Source of the DNA: an uncultured Methanosarcinaceae archaeon
GTDB lineage: Archaea > Halobacteriota > Methanosarcinia > Methanosarcinales > Methanosarcinaceae
Length of the DNA: 64,000 nucleotides
Assembly: GCA_963833425.1 (NCBI GenBank)
Contig: CAWHXP010000008.1
Coordinates: 276,578-340,577 of the forward strand
Direction of reading: 5' to 3'
Positions 10,991 through 22,957 of this stretch are shown here, in pieces (within the stretch, counting starts at the first letter, position 1; each line of letters begins with the position of its first letter). The position numbers and the translations under genes were made by a program. The notes under the pieces are model-generated. The model was not told where the DNA came from. It ran no database searches and saw only the letters and a list, made by a program, of their open reading frames with translations.

Positions 10991-11080
10991 ATGGCACGCC
11001 CTTGTAAATTAACTCCTAAAATACAACAACGAATCGATGAAAATATTGCGTTAGAACTCACATATTCTTGGGCTGCCTGA
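10991..11080 (+). pseudogene. Truncated terminase-small-subunit-like HTH gene, paralog of 52660-52981
   Basis: MARPCKLTPKIQQRIDENIALELTYSWAA* aligns with MARPSKLTPNITQLIGENVVLGMTYGLAA; the ~90 bp upstream of both genes is also homologous. Confidence 0.75.
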
Positions 11081-11141
11081 TGTCCCTGAAGCAGTATTCT
11101 TAGCAAACTTTTGCGGGCTTATGGATGTAAAAGATTAGAAG

Positions 11142-11362
11142 AAGGAGTTTTTAGACCCCTTACTTTTTAACTGTTTTTAGGACGTTGGATACTTATTTCA
11201 AATAATTCCTACTTACTTAGCTTGATTGCTTTAAACACCAATTACAGTATTAAATACTACAATTGATACTTTAAGCAATCAAGTTAAGTAAGTAGAAATT
11301 ATTTGAAATAAGTATCCAACGTCCTAAAAACAGTTAAAAAGTAAGGAGTCGAAAAACTCCTT
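11142..11362. repeat. 221-bp near-perfect palindrome (possibly a MITE nested in a hairpin)
   Basis: 110-bp arms centred on 11252 with 10 mismatches by hand count; inner 145-bp segment 11180-11324 (GGACGTTGGATAC...GTATCCAACGTCC) is flanked by TA on both sides. Confidence 0.95.
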
Positions 11363-12410
11363 TTTATTTTTGATTTTGGCAGTGTACCTGGTGGATATGG
11401 TAGTGAACCTTATGGAACAATAGAAACACCAAATTTGGAATCTAACGGCCATACGGCTAAATATTTAAGGAAACATAAACACCATACAACCAAACACCAT
11501 AAAACAGGAAAAAAACACTTAGTATTAAAGTAGATAGAAAATAGTTGGATTTCTAGATAGGGTATCCACATCGAAAGCGTTGGACATCCTGTATTACAAT
11601 TTTGAAAATGAAACAACATTTGGTATTAATATTTTAACAAAAAGATCAGTTAGACTGTAAATAAACTTGTTTGTTTAAAATCAAATCTGTATGTGTTTCT
11701 CTATACTTTTAGGTTTGTGAGTGTTAGGGTTAATAGTGTAGATCTACAAATTTTGAATATTTTATTCATATTACCTGATCTTGTAGACAGCTAAAGTAAT
11801 AAATTTAAGAAGAAGGTCAAAAGTAAACGGCATCTTTTTTGAGATTGGGGTATGTAGTACTAATGGGGAAATAACAGAATTAATCACATATGCCGAATAA
11901 GCTAAAGTAACTTATTATTATATGAGTAAATGTTGGTAAAATGATAAATTAGTATATTTTTCAGAAGTACTCTGGATAACCCGCATGATGAACAATAATA
12001 TTGATTCAAAATAGAGAATTTGAAATAGAGCTTAAAAATTAAACATATCTGGTATACTTTGCAATCAAATAGCTTTATGGTGTACGCCACGCAATGTATA
12101 CCATATGTTCACGCAATGGAATACACAATACTTTTCTTAATATGAACTGATATTTTCACGTATCTAAACAGTTTAGCCATGATTTAACTTTTAAGTAGTT
12201 CATTATAATAGATATAGAGTTACAGCTAAATGTTTATAATCCACTGGAGCTACTTTTGGGCAATTAATTGTTACTCGTTCATCAACTCCTACACCCACTC
12301 CAATGTCAAAGCAAAAAAGATCCAAACAACGTTAAGAAATAGTATTTACTTAGAACTATCAACAATATTTTTAGAGTCGAGTTAGAACTCTCAAGCGGTA
12401 ATATCTAGAT

Positions 12411-13324
12411 ATGTATTGGCTTATTTATGCATTTTCCGGGCCCGTTATGTGGGCGCTATCCACGCACGTCGATAAGTATCTGTTGGAGCGCTATTTCAAA
12501 CAGGGAAGCGTCGCGGTGCTGATGGTCTTTACTGCGATCATCGGTGCTCTTGCCTTGCCCTTTGTCTGGCTTTTCCAGCCTGGTGTAGTTGCATTGGACC
12601 ATGAATCTATGGCAGTCATAGCAGCTTCGGGAATCCTTTACATGAGTGCGATCTATTTCTACCTCCAGGCATTGCAGACTGAGGAGGCATCGACGATCGC
12701 ACCATTCTTCCAAGCGGCAGGAGTCTTCGGGCTTATCCTGGGATATTTATTCCTTGGGGAACAAATTTCTTATTCCCAAATCATGGGCGTTTTGCTGATC
12801 ATTGCTGGATCGGTTATCCTTTCTTTGAGGTTTGGGCAAGGCACCAGCCACGTTAAAAAACAGCTGTTTATTTTGATGCTTTTTTGTGCCCTGGCGATTT
12901 CGCTGAGTTCGCTTATTTTTAAATTCTTTGCTGTACGTGATGAATTCTGGACCACCACTTTCTGGAACTTCTTTGGCCAGGCATTGTTTGGAGTGATTTT
13001 AATGTTGGCTGCCGAAAACCGCAAACAATTTTCAGAGATGATTCATGCCAATGCAGGAGCTTTGCTTTCTGTGAATATAGCAAATGAATTGATTAACACC
13101 TTGGTGGCAACCTAGGTGTGAGCTACACGCTTCTTCTAGCGCCCCTGGGAATCGTGCAGACTATTTCCAGTACAACTTCGTTTTTCGTTCTCTTCTTCGG
13201 CGTCATCCTTTCTCTCTTTTTCCCGAATCTCGCAAGAGAGGAGATCAGCATTAGCGGCCTCATGCAAAAAATCATAGCCACTATCCTTGTTGTTGCTGGA
13301 GTTCTATTGATTAACCTGCAATAG
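12411..13324 (+). pseudogene. EamA/DMT family transporter, frameshifted near 13098
   Basis: Hydrophobic multi-TM ORF with EEASTIAPFFQ...LGYLFLGEQIS; the C-terminal part (LGGNLGVSYTLLLAPLGIVQ...) is in a shifted frame. Confidence 0.85.
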
Positions 13325-13652
13325 TGGCAGATTATTCAAGTGGATACTTAGGGATATGCCATGGACAGTTTTGGGTGATTTTAGGTCCACTGGCGCTTCC
13401 ATTGTATCGCAAAATCTGCCTTGTGCACATGCTATATCTGGGATCCGCTGTCAAAGCTTAAAGCCCGACCTACTAGAGGCATATAGAACTACCCTTATTG
13501 CGTAAGTAGCGGGAATTAGCTTTTGGATATTGGTTCCTATCTCCATTCAGTAATCAGCACTTGCAACCAACTCAAGATGTAATTTTATCCATATACGAAG
13601 AATTATGTTATCAAACATTCTCGTAAGCTTTTTAAGCCGTAGTTTGTGTTTA

Positions 13653-14419
13653 ATGCGCATGCCCTTGCTAAATCTATACTTTCTCGCCTTCGAGATTCTG
13701 GTTTTAGTGCTTTTTCTGGCCTGTTTGCAAAATGCATGGCAATCAGGCTCCTGTATGACCTGGAAACTTCTTGTCGGGGTGCTCTTCGGCTTGCTGCTGG
13801 AATAGGCTACAATCCAACATCTCAACGCCTACGAGTACGGATGCTTTCTGTAATGATTGTGACGACTGTCCCTGTAGTCATTGGGGTGGCCTGGGGAACT
13901 ATCATCTACAGCGCTCGCTCCCTTTCCTATAAAATCAACCTTCCAGAATGGGCACGACCGGTTCTCGATGGCCCGATGGCCTTGAACATCGACCTTTCCA
14001 TGAATGCAATAGCCATCCTCCTGGGTTGTGTTCTCATTTTCAGCAAGCCTTCGATTGCTATCAAAGCTCTCTGACTTCTGAGGACATTGGTTTCCCCCTG
14101 CAGGAGCTATAATCTGCTGCACTACGGGCGTGCTCATTAACAACCATCTCATTACCCACATTCCCATTGACCTGACGCATTCTCTACTATCATTGCAGTC
14201 TTAGGATGTGTTCTGCTATTGATGTTGGCATTACGCTCAGAAGTCTCGATCCAGTATCATGCTGCATTTGTCTTTCTTGTGCCTCTCGGATTTCATGCCT
14301 ATTCCCTGATAGCAGGATTAGTTTCAAGCGCCATCCTGGACTCACCCTTTATGCTAGTGGTAAGTAAAGTTGTGAGCATAATAGCACTTGGGCTTAATCT
14401 AGATACTCTAAATTACTGA
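13653..14419 (+). pseudogene. DUF422/CruF-like (carotenoid biosynthesis family) membrane protein remnant
   Basis: LFGLLLE*ATIQHLNAYEYG, then VPVVIGVAWGTIIYSAR...PEWARPVLDGPMALNIDLSMNAIAI in another frame; TAG at 13803 plus frameshifts. Confidence 0.6.
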
Positions 14420-14888
14420 TATCGGTCTAATAGAAAAAGTAAGTAATTGACCACAGACTAGTCTCCATCTTAAAATCCTTTTATGCCCGTCTTTTAAGGG
14501 CCGACCCAACGAGGGAGCATTACAAACGAACAAATCTAACTAGGGGGGTGAAAAATCAAACGTTATGTACAATGTGAATAGCGGCATAAAAATGTCCAAT
14601 TATGACGGGATTTCTCCATACTTCATATATCATGAAGTACACTTTTAAATGATTATTGATTATATTTTTATAATCGCAAATACTTGGATTTTGTGTTAGG
14701 AGTATTCTGGAAACAACGATCTTGTCCTTGAACTATTATCAACAACTTAAGACGAATTTCTATGAAAAGAAGAGTAAAAGTATTAATCTGTATAATCTCG
14801 CTTCTCAAATGCAGAAATTTACTTATTTTTTTATAATTGGTCAATAAATAAATGACAAAAATTAGGACTTTAAAGTGTCGTCTGAATT

Positions 14889-15740
14889 ATGGGGTTTTAT
14901 ATGAATCGGGGGTACATAGTAGATATAGTTACCAGAACAATAAAAGAATGGCGAGAAGATGATTCGCTAACCTATAGTGCTGGGCTAGCGTTTTATTTTT
15001 TATTAAGTCTTCCTGCACTCCTTTTATTTTCAGTATCCTTAGGAAGTATTTTTTTAAGATCGAAAAATATTCAGGATGCTGTATTAAATTATCTGCAAGG
15101 AGTCGTTGATGATAATATCATCAATATGATACTAGGACTTTTCGACCATATTCCAAAGACGAATTCCATCTCAATGAGCTTATTGGTTGGCTTTTTACTA
15201 CTTCTATGGAGTGCGAGCAATGTTTTCTGGCACTTAAAAAATTTCCTAGAGAGAGCTTGGGATATTAAACCTACTGAATCTAATCATATTAAAGAATTCA
15301 TAAGAAATGCAGTAGTATCCTGTTTCATAGTTATAGTTTTCGGAGGGCTGCTAGTAACTAGCATCATTATCGAGGGTTTTGTTTATATGGGTTCAGATTT
15401 GCTCCATCGACTTTTGCCCTTCTCATCTGTAATTGCTGATTATGCAAGTTCTATAGTTAGTTTTCTGATTCTTTTGCTGTTTTTTGTTCTTACATATAAA
15501 ATACTTCCAAATTCAAGTCTCGATTCTAAATCTATCTTTGTAGGATCACTTGTAACAGTAATTCTTATAACAATGGGCAAATATGCCGTTATACTTTTTA
15601 TAGCATATAGTAATCCTCTAAGCGTCTATGGAGCAATCGGATCCACTATCGGATTATTTCTTTTAATTTTTTATTCCTCAATTATGATTACAATTGGTGC
15701 AGAGTTCACAAAAGTTTATTCGGAATATTTAGATTCCTGA
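14889..15740 (+). CDS. YihY/virulence factor BrkB family membrane protein
   Basis: DDSLTYSAGLAFYFLLSLP, LLWSAS, YKILPN, SVYGAIGS, GAEF motifs; start may be 14901. Confidence 0.93.
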   Translation: MGFYMNRGYIVDIVTRTIKEWREDDSLTYSAGLAFYFLLSLPALLLFSVSLGSIFLRSKNIQDAVLNYLQGVVDDNIINMILGLFDHIPKTNSISMSLLVGFLLLLWSASNVFWHLKNFLERAWDIKPTESNHIKEFIRNAVVSCFIVIVFGGLLVTSIIIEGFVYMGSDLLHRLLPFSSVIADYASSIVSFLILLLFFVLTYKILPNSSLDSKSIFVGSLVTVILITMGKYAVILFIAYSNPLSVYGAIGSTIGLFLLIFYSSIMITIGAEFTKVYSEYLDS

Positions 15741-17230
15741 CTTTATGAAAATTACATTAGCTTCGAAGATTTCTAAAATATCATGTAGATAATCAAAGAA
15801 TACGTCTGTGATAATATTTCAATAGCACGATTAAGATTTGTATAATCTTTAGAATGATAATTGGTATGTCAGTAAATTTATGGTATCGCATCATTAGGCA
15901 TGTTCAAATCAAGTCAATCCTATCATCCAGTTTTTGAGTGTTTAGTTAAATTGACATACTCTCACAAATAAAATTATCTCGAATTTTGATTTATGAAACC
16001 TTACCTATCATTAACAGGATTAATTTCACTCTATTTGGCAGTGCATCAAAAGTTCTGTAAAATCACAAATACAGAAGTTATTAAGTAGAAAATTCTGCTT
16101 GTATGAAAAAATAAACAAAGTAATGGAAACTTGACTCTGAATTTGCAACAAATTCCCGCCCCTGCTCTGTTTGTTAGTGTGTGTAATTTTCTGCTAGATC
16201 TACTCCGTGTCCAAATTTTCTTTTTTGATTACTATTCGTCTACGACATACTTTTTTTCCGTGATCCAGGATGAAGTTTTAATTTAGTCTAACAGCAACTT
16301 TCTAGCTATTCATCATTTGGTGATTTCAGCAAAAACTATGTACTTATCCGAAATTACGATAAAATATCCCTCTAACTTCGGATTAAACTAAAAAAATGCA
16401 GAATTTTTACTAGAAAAGACCTATTTATTCATAAGAACTTGATGTGCTATATCTAGTGAATACATTGAATTAAATGTATAGAAATGAAGGGAAATTCATT
16501 AAGGAATTCGCTTCATAAATGCTTGAGGTTCTGAAAAAAGGGGTTTATGAAGCCTTAGATGCTTCATCGAAAAAACAGTTAAAAATAATTATTATATTGA
16601 ATACATGACACCAGGGATATTGAGGGGAAAGTGAAATTATTCGGTGCAGATATTGTAAAAGAAGTGTCGTAACTTTGACCACCAAAGAATTTTAAATTTA
16701 TTGGTGCCAACTTTGTCAACAGCAGTTATTTGCATGCCTATTACTTTTAAAATTGTAAAGATTTTACTCAGAGAGATACGGAAATAAATAATTCATTTTA
16801 TATCTTGGTCTTGTTTGTTGTAACTATTCAGCCTACTAAAAAAAGTTCATTTATATTGATTTTGTCTTAGTAGATGTTTCTAATTACTAGCATGGGAAAT
16901 AAAAAACATAACCACTATTAACAATTAAAGAAAACCAACTTGCTGAAAACCCTAGTATTGTTACCATTAACTTGTCCAAGGGAAAATGTATCTTCAATCT
17001 ATAAATCAGTCATTCAATAGTCGCTGAAAGCATTGAAAAAGTGATTAATAAGATGTACTCTGTACCTCGGTTTATTTTTTATTTTTTGTAGGTTTTCCTA
17101 AACTAAAAAAAAAATGGGGATTAAACAGCTAACTGCAGTTCTCTTGAAGTATTTTCACTGCAGTAAGTTGTATGTTATCAACTGAAATAAACCGTTAAAA
17201 ATATTACTGTTTGAAACTCCATTTAATTGT

Positions 17231-17788
17231 ATGAAAGAAGCCCTTATTCTTATTGATATCCAAAATGACTATTTTCCAGGCGGCAAGATGGAACTTGTAG
17301 GCATGGGAGAAGCAGTAAAAAAGGCAGCTGAACTCCTGAAAACATTCCGTACATTAGGCAAGTCAGTTTTCTTTATCAAACATTTGTCTAAGAGACCAAA
17401 TGCTACTTTCTTTATACCCGGAACTCGAGGAATAGATTTCCATTCAAGTATGAGTCCTCTTCCAGAAGAAGCTGTCATTGAGAAACATTTTCCTAACAGT
17501 TTTTTCCAGACCGAACTCCTTTCCAAACTGAAAGAAAAAAATGTAACTAGCCTTGTAATTTGCGGGGCAATGGTCCATATGTGTATAGACACGACAGTTA
17601 GGGCTGCAAAGGAACTTGGATTCACATGTACCCTGATTTACGATGCTTGCGCAGCACACGACCTTAAATTTAAAAACGAACTGATACCTGCATATACTGT
17701 TAGTGCAGCATTCATGGCCGCACTAAATGGTATATTTGCTGATGTCGTGATGACCAATGAGTACCTTTCCAGAAGCTTCCTTTTTTGA
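17231..17788 (+). CDS. Isochorismatase/cysteine hydrolase family protein
   Basis: ALILIDIQNDYF, EKHFPNSF, GAMVHMCIDTTVRAA: Asp-Lys-Cys triad intact. Confidence 0.93.
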   Translation: MKEALILIDIQNDYFPGGKMELVGMGEAVKKAAELLKTFRTLGKSVFFIKHLSKRPNATFFIPGTRGIDFHSSMSPLPEEAVIEKHFPNSFFQTELLSKLKEKNVTSLVICGAMVHMCIDTTVRAAKELGFTCTLIYDACAAHDLKFKNELIPAYTVSAAFMAALNGIFADVVMTNEYLSRSFLF

Positions 17789-18976
17789 AAAATCCATTTA
17801 TGGAAGTGTTCCTTTTTCTGATTCTTATCCCTTTGTATCGGTCAAAATACATAATACAAAAAATGGTACAATTCCAAAATCCAGTGATTTCGCTATTCTT
17901 TTTTGACCGAATCTCAATTTCTCTCTAAATTAGTTTAATCAATTTGTTAATCCAATCTTCAAGAGTCACTATCCAACTAGTTTTTGCATCCTGATCTATA
18001 TCATATTTTTAAAAATAAATCCTGATTAGATGCTTCAGCTTACAAGTCTTGGTTTGGGTCTTGCCTACAAGCTGTTGATATTTTCTCATAGAATATTCAA
18101 ACAAATGGGATATATTTTTTAAGTATATTTATATACAAAAATTGAAATTTTGCTAAAATGAAAATGGGATATAAAAATCTGAAATAAGAATCATATGATA
18201 CATGATCTTTGGACAAGCTTTATCTTTATTAATATCGAACCTTAATAAAAGAACGAGCAACCTTTTCTTGACTCTTTTGATGCATTTTTTTTGTGCCAAA
18301 ACCTCTGCATTTTCTAAATTCCATCTGAAAAAAAGTATTTTGACCAAATCTTCGGAAAAATACATATTTTTTATTGAAATCACTGCAACTGCTACAAACC
18401 AAAAAGTTGTTGCTTTATATATTGAAAGGAGAATCTACCGAAATCAAATGAAAATCTGGGGGTAAAAATATTTTATCTCAAAAGATTGTTGCCTTTGCTA
18501 TCCTTCATACCCTACAGTTCTCTAATCTCATAAGGATATCTCAGAAATGTTGAATCTGGCTCCTTGACCATGGCAACAGCAGTGAATAACTAGTGTCTTA
18601 TGGTCATCACTTACTTACCAAAAAAGGAGACCTTATAATCTGCAGGAAAGAGATATCTGCAGCATTGTTGACTATCTGCCGTAGAACTCCGTGACAATTA
18701 TTCACTATCAGAAAATAAATACACAAAAGTATTTCATTTCTGGTTCTTTACTACGATGTATTTATGGATCACGATAAATTAGCTGAGCATGAAATATTAT
18801 ATATTATTATTCAATAACGTAACAACTTTAGTTTTGTTTAGAAATACTGTACCATTATTTTTTATTCTGAAATATTCTATCGTTATTTATTTATACCTTC
18901 CATTGCATATATAAAATTGGTCCATAGGGTCAGTCCCGATGTATGAAGAAGACGTACAAGAGTATAGAACTTTGAT

Positions 18977-19133
18977 AAGTAGTAACTTGACTAAAGTGGT
19001 TTAATTGAGTAATGACTTAAATGAGTAGTAACTTAACTAAGGTAACTTGACTGAGTAATGACTTAAATGAGTAGTAACTTGACTAAAGTAGCTTAACTGA
19101 GTAATGACTTAAATGAGTAGTAACTTACTAAGT
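18977..19133. repeat. Tandem repeat, 46-bp period, ~3.4 copies, made of 14-16-bp subunits
   Basis: Units start at 18977, 19023, 19069, 19115; example unit GAGTAGTAACTTAACT-AAGGTAACTTGACT-GAGTAATGACTTAAAT. Confidence 0.95.
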
Positions 19134-20528
19134 ACAGAACTAAATTACATGAAATTGGACCAGATCCTATGGATCACTAAAAACATAAAAACTTTTTTGC
19201 ATATATTTTTATGGCATCGGAATTTCAGGTGGCCTGTAATTGACAAATGTACAGTGAACTTGATCAATCTTTTTGATATGGATAATTCGAAACCAATCGG
19301 ATACGTAATTTAATTCCTTCTCTGAGAGCGTATTTGGCTTTAAAACTTAAGCTCAAGATAAAGAAAAAAGCTTGAAAATAAGAAAATTGTCTGGAAATTG
19401 TCCGGGAGAAATGGTGTCATCATGAACCTGATTCTCAGGCGAGAATCTAATAAATATAATAGCTTTTTTGATTGATTTCAGTCAAACCAGAAGGAATTAA
19501 TGGCAAAATTTGACTATCCTTGGAGATATTAAAAAGTCTTGTAAATTAATTAAAAATTCTTGTTATCACAGCTGCTGGCTCAGCATCCTTCTATGAGAGA
19601 ACTAAAAGAATACAGAATTTATTAAATTTTGCAAAACTTTCTGCAGCTGTCGATTTCTCTGAAAGCTTCTAGGATTTCGGAGTCCTTTATATCTTTTCGG
19701 CCTTTGAACTTTTCAGCCTGAAGATCAAGAAGGAGGAGATAACCTGAAGATTATTCTTAATCCGATGGTGAATGTCCATTTTACGACACTTTCAATATTT
19801 ATGGAAATGCCTACGAAGTGGTGGACATTTAGTATTATAATTGTGAAAATGAGACTACATCTAGTGCTAGAATTGCAAACATAAAAGTAAATTTAAATGG
19901 AAATGAACTGTTTATTTGAAATTAAATTGGTATGAGTTTCTCTATACTCTTTAAGCCTGTGAGTGGTATTACAAAAGAATTGTAAAGGAAAGCTGACGTT
20001 GAGAATGGGATATGTTTTACCTTAAAACCTGTACTTTCATGAAAATAGTAAAAACAAAAACTTTGTTAACAAAAATATTGTCTCATATCCTATTTTTTGA
20101 GTGAAAGAAATGAATAAAGAGCTAGTTATATTTACAGACTTTAACTGTACTATCTACTTGAGGTGTTTTCATCCTTTATAACGAGCACAATAATGCGATT
20201 TTTCATGAGAAAAAATTCGTATTAAGAGGTTTAAGCTCCCAAATGCTCAATGCATGCAGTTTAATCTAAATTCTCTATACAAGACTCAAATTTATTGATC
20301 CACTTTTCTTCATCTTAGTAAATAAATTGTAAAGCTTTTAAGGTGATGAATCTAAAAAATAGATTCACGGCACTACAGTTGAATTTCATGATATTCTATA
20401 TTATGAAAGTAGAAATACTCTTTTGTAAGAGAATTAATTTCCGTTGGTTAGTAATCATAAGTACATATAGGGTCAAAATAGACAGCAATAAACTGATTCC
20501 AGGAAGGCTAAGTATTTATGTTCCAAAT

Positions 20529-20771
20529 TTATTTCTTTTTTAGAGTCTTTTCGAGCTCAATCCCTATTTTAACATTTAATAAAAAATCATCAACAGTTGC
20601 AAGAAGAGAACCTATTTTCTTGGAATAAAATCGTACAACAACTCTATCGTCACTGATTTCACTTTCCATGCTTATGAAATTATCCGGGGAAAGTGCTTGA
20701 AGTATTCTACCAGTAGACTGTCTTGATTCAGGATCCGGAAATTCAATTGCGCCTATGATATTCATAAACAT
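20529..20771 (-). CDS. pcc1: KEOPS complex subunit Pcc1
   Basis: 80 aa, ILQALSPDN...KIGSLLATVDDFLLNVKI; directly downstream of a DHH/RecJ-like gene as in many archaea. Confidence 0.85.
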   Translation of the reverse strand: MFMNIIGAIEFPDPESRQSTGRILQALSPDNFISMESEISDDRVVVRFYSKKIGSLLATVDDFLLNVKIGIELEKTLKKK

Positions 20772-20803
20772 CCCTTAAATCTTTTTTAGCGTAGTTATAT
20801 TCC

Positions 20804-22141
20804 CTATTTCGTTTTACCTTTATTTTGTTTTTGGAGCTGATATCCTACTAATTGATCTACACTACTCAAGAATTTTTCAGTATTTCCAATGGGAATTGAA
20901 GCACCGGAAGCTATGCTGTGTCCACCTCCACTTCCACCAGCTGCATATGCAGCTTCCTTGATAGCAAATGCAAGATCTAGGCCTTTTGAGACAAGTGCAC
21001 GCGTGCCCCTAGCAGAGACTTTCAGTATACCTTCCGATTCGTTCATACATATACAGGGGAGTTCCGGATGAAGATAGCGGACAACAGTGCTTGCAAGATT
21101 CCCGGTAGAAAGGGCATCAACAGTGTTGATGTACCAGATATTCTCCCCTTTGCAAAGTTTTTCTACATTTTCTCTAATATCGATGGCGATTTTTTTCTTA
21201 TTTTCCTTGGCAAGAGAAAGCGCTTCATCGACAACTCTCTGGTCTTTCAGACAAATTTCCAGAGCCAGTCCATAGACTTTCTGTCTCCCGCATGTATTGA
21301 GAAGATCGATAAAATCATAAACATTTTTTACAAGCTCCCTGTTCAGGAGTAAAACCTCTCCTATGACAGCCTCTGCAGCTTCCGGACTAGCTTTTCTCGC
21401 GAGCTTCAGCGAAACAGCATTAACAAGTCTATAGACTGCTTCCTCAGAAAGCTCTTCAATATTTCCTGAAATATCGAGCTGCTTTAGGAATTCTTTTACT
21501 TTTTGCGGGTAACCGGTGATGTCAAGGAAAGGTTCTGTACTGTAGGTAAGCACGTCTTCAAGGTCCCCAGCCCCTACTTTTAGTCCCTTTCGGATGGACA
21601 CAATTTCTGCTTTTAGGGCTTCCTCAAGAATGAAAGCATTCGCCTTATTAAAAAGCTGTCTGTCACCGACTGCGCCTGCAATAGCCAACCCTGCAAGATC
21701 GATATTTCCTGTACCGAGTTCCCTGGCTATCAGATAGCAGGTGCCTGAAGCAGAGATGTCCGTAGCTCCGTCGATTCCTACAATATGGCCATTAACCACT
21801 GACTCTACATGAGGCTCACCAACTGGATTGTGATGATCAAGCACTAAAACTTCAGTTGTCACATTAGCTATAAGTTCAGGTTGCCCGCATCCCATATCGC
21901 AGAAGATTACAAGTTCTCCCTGTGAAGTGCTTCCGTTTACTTTTTCAATCAAAAATTCATCCAGTTTTTCAGATATCGAAAGTTGGAAGCGGATACCCGC
22001 CCTTAGAAGGGCTTGGGCCATTATCCCGGCTGAAGTTAGTCCGTCAGCATCATTATGTGAGATTATGCGCACGAAACTGTACTTTTGGATCTTTTCAGCC
22101 GCTTTTTTTGCAAGGTGTATAAGTTTTTCCAACTCGCTCAA
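20804..22141 (-). CDS. RecJ-like DHH/DHHA1 phosphoesterase
   Basis: HNDADG, FCDMG, VLDHH, GAVGDRQ, KVSARG, GGSGGGHSIASGA motifs. Confidence 0.93.
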   Translation of the reverse strand: MSELEKLIHLAKKAAEKIQKYSFVRIISHNDADGLTSAGIMAQALLRAGIRFQLSISEKLDEFLIEKVNGSTSQGELVIFCDMGCGQPELIANVTTEVLVLDHHNPVGEPHVESVVNGHIVGIDGATDISASGTCYLIARELGTGNIDLAGLAIAGAVGDRQLFNKANAFILEEALKAEIVSIRKGLKVGAGDLEDVLTYSTEPFLDITGYPQKVKEFLKQLDISGNIEELSEEAVYRLVNAVSLKLARKASPEAAEAVIGEVLLLNRELVKNVYDFIDLLNTCGRQKVYGLALEICLKDQRVVDEALSLAKENKKKIAIDIRENVEKLCKGENIWYINTVDALSTGNLASTVVRYLHPELPCICMNESEGILKVSARGTRALVSKGLDLAFAIKEAAYAAGGSGGGHSIASGASIPIGNTEKFLSSVDQLVGYQLQKQNKGKTK

Positions 22142-22477
22142 AATCCATCACTCTAAAAATTTAATGATAAATTATGAAGATCAATTTAGTACGTGACTTT
22201 GATCACATAAGGATGCCAGTTTATACTGGCTTAATAATATAAAACACAATTCCCTGGAAAACAGACTATGGAGAATTCGATGAACTCCAAAAATTAGCCA
22301 CATTCTTATAAATGATACATAAATAAATCGAAAAAAATAAGGGATTATCAAAATTTTCTATGACTGAAAATAGTATCAATTTGAAGTAATTTTTATTTTG
22401 GCATTTTTTTATATATTAGATCATTGGTTGTAGATAAGAGAGAATTGTAGAAGATGTTCAGAAGGAACTCAAATAGA

Positions 22478-22935
22478 GTGCATCAACCACGCCCTAAAAA
22501 GGGAAGAGGATGCTTTTGTTGTCCACTCAGTTTGTCAAAATTAAGAAATCCATGATTCTTTTTTGACCAACTTTATTTTATTTATATTATTTAAACTCTA
22601 TTTTTAATTTTTAGAACTGTATTGTAGTGTCAAAATCGCATTTATACCTGATCCAGGAAAATTGGCATTAACCGTTGACTCTTATACAATAATATCGTTT
22701 TTTAGTTTGGGATAGCGCTTGAAAAGTCTGTAAAAAGTACCTTTTCAAGCACTGAACTATTTCTGGTAGAGATTTACTCGAATGGAATCCCAGTAATAAG
22801 TGAACGTGATATCCTACCACTTCCATAGCATGAATCAAGTAGTCTTCCTAAATACACTTCCATTTTTTACTTAAATTTAATCCCATTTCACGTTGTCTTT
22901 TAGAACCCAAATCGTCAAATTTGTGTTGGAATATC
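22478..22935 (-). mobile_element. IS200/IS605-family (Y1 TnpA) remnant with degenerate end hairpin
   Basis: Minus strand reads EDYLIHAMEVVGYHVHLLLGFHSSKSLPEIVQCLK (HUH motif at 22800-22808), then YRLFKRYPKLK in a shifted frame; 22480-22512 GCATCAACCACGCCCTAAAAAGGGAAGAGGATGC looks like a decayed end stem-loop. Confidence 0.65.
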
Positions 22936-22957
22936 GTTTATATTTTTTGGATATTCC

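Noticed and set aside
13113..13120. Pyrrolysine readthrough of the TAG splitting the EamA gene
   Set aside because: The downstream half is in a different frame; the TAG results from a frameshift near 13098.
14500..14572. Integron attC-like site (ACCCAAC...GTTATGT); a similar half-site near 7360-7400
   Set aside because: No convincing paired L boxes, no cassette array and no integron integrase.
18977..19133. CRISPR array
   Set aside because: Units repeat head to tail with no unique spacers, and no cas genes are in the window.
20529..22141. DHH-pcc1 pair without flanking rps15/rps3ae as evidence of gene loss
   Set aside because: This linkage varies among archaea and those genes may lie elsewhere; cannot be judged from this window.
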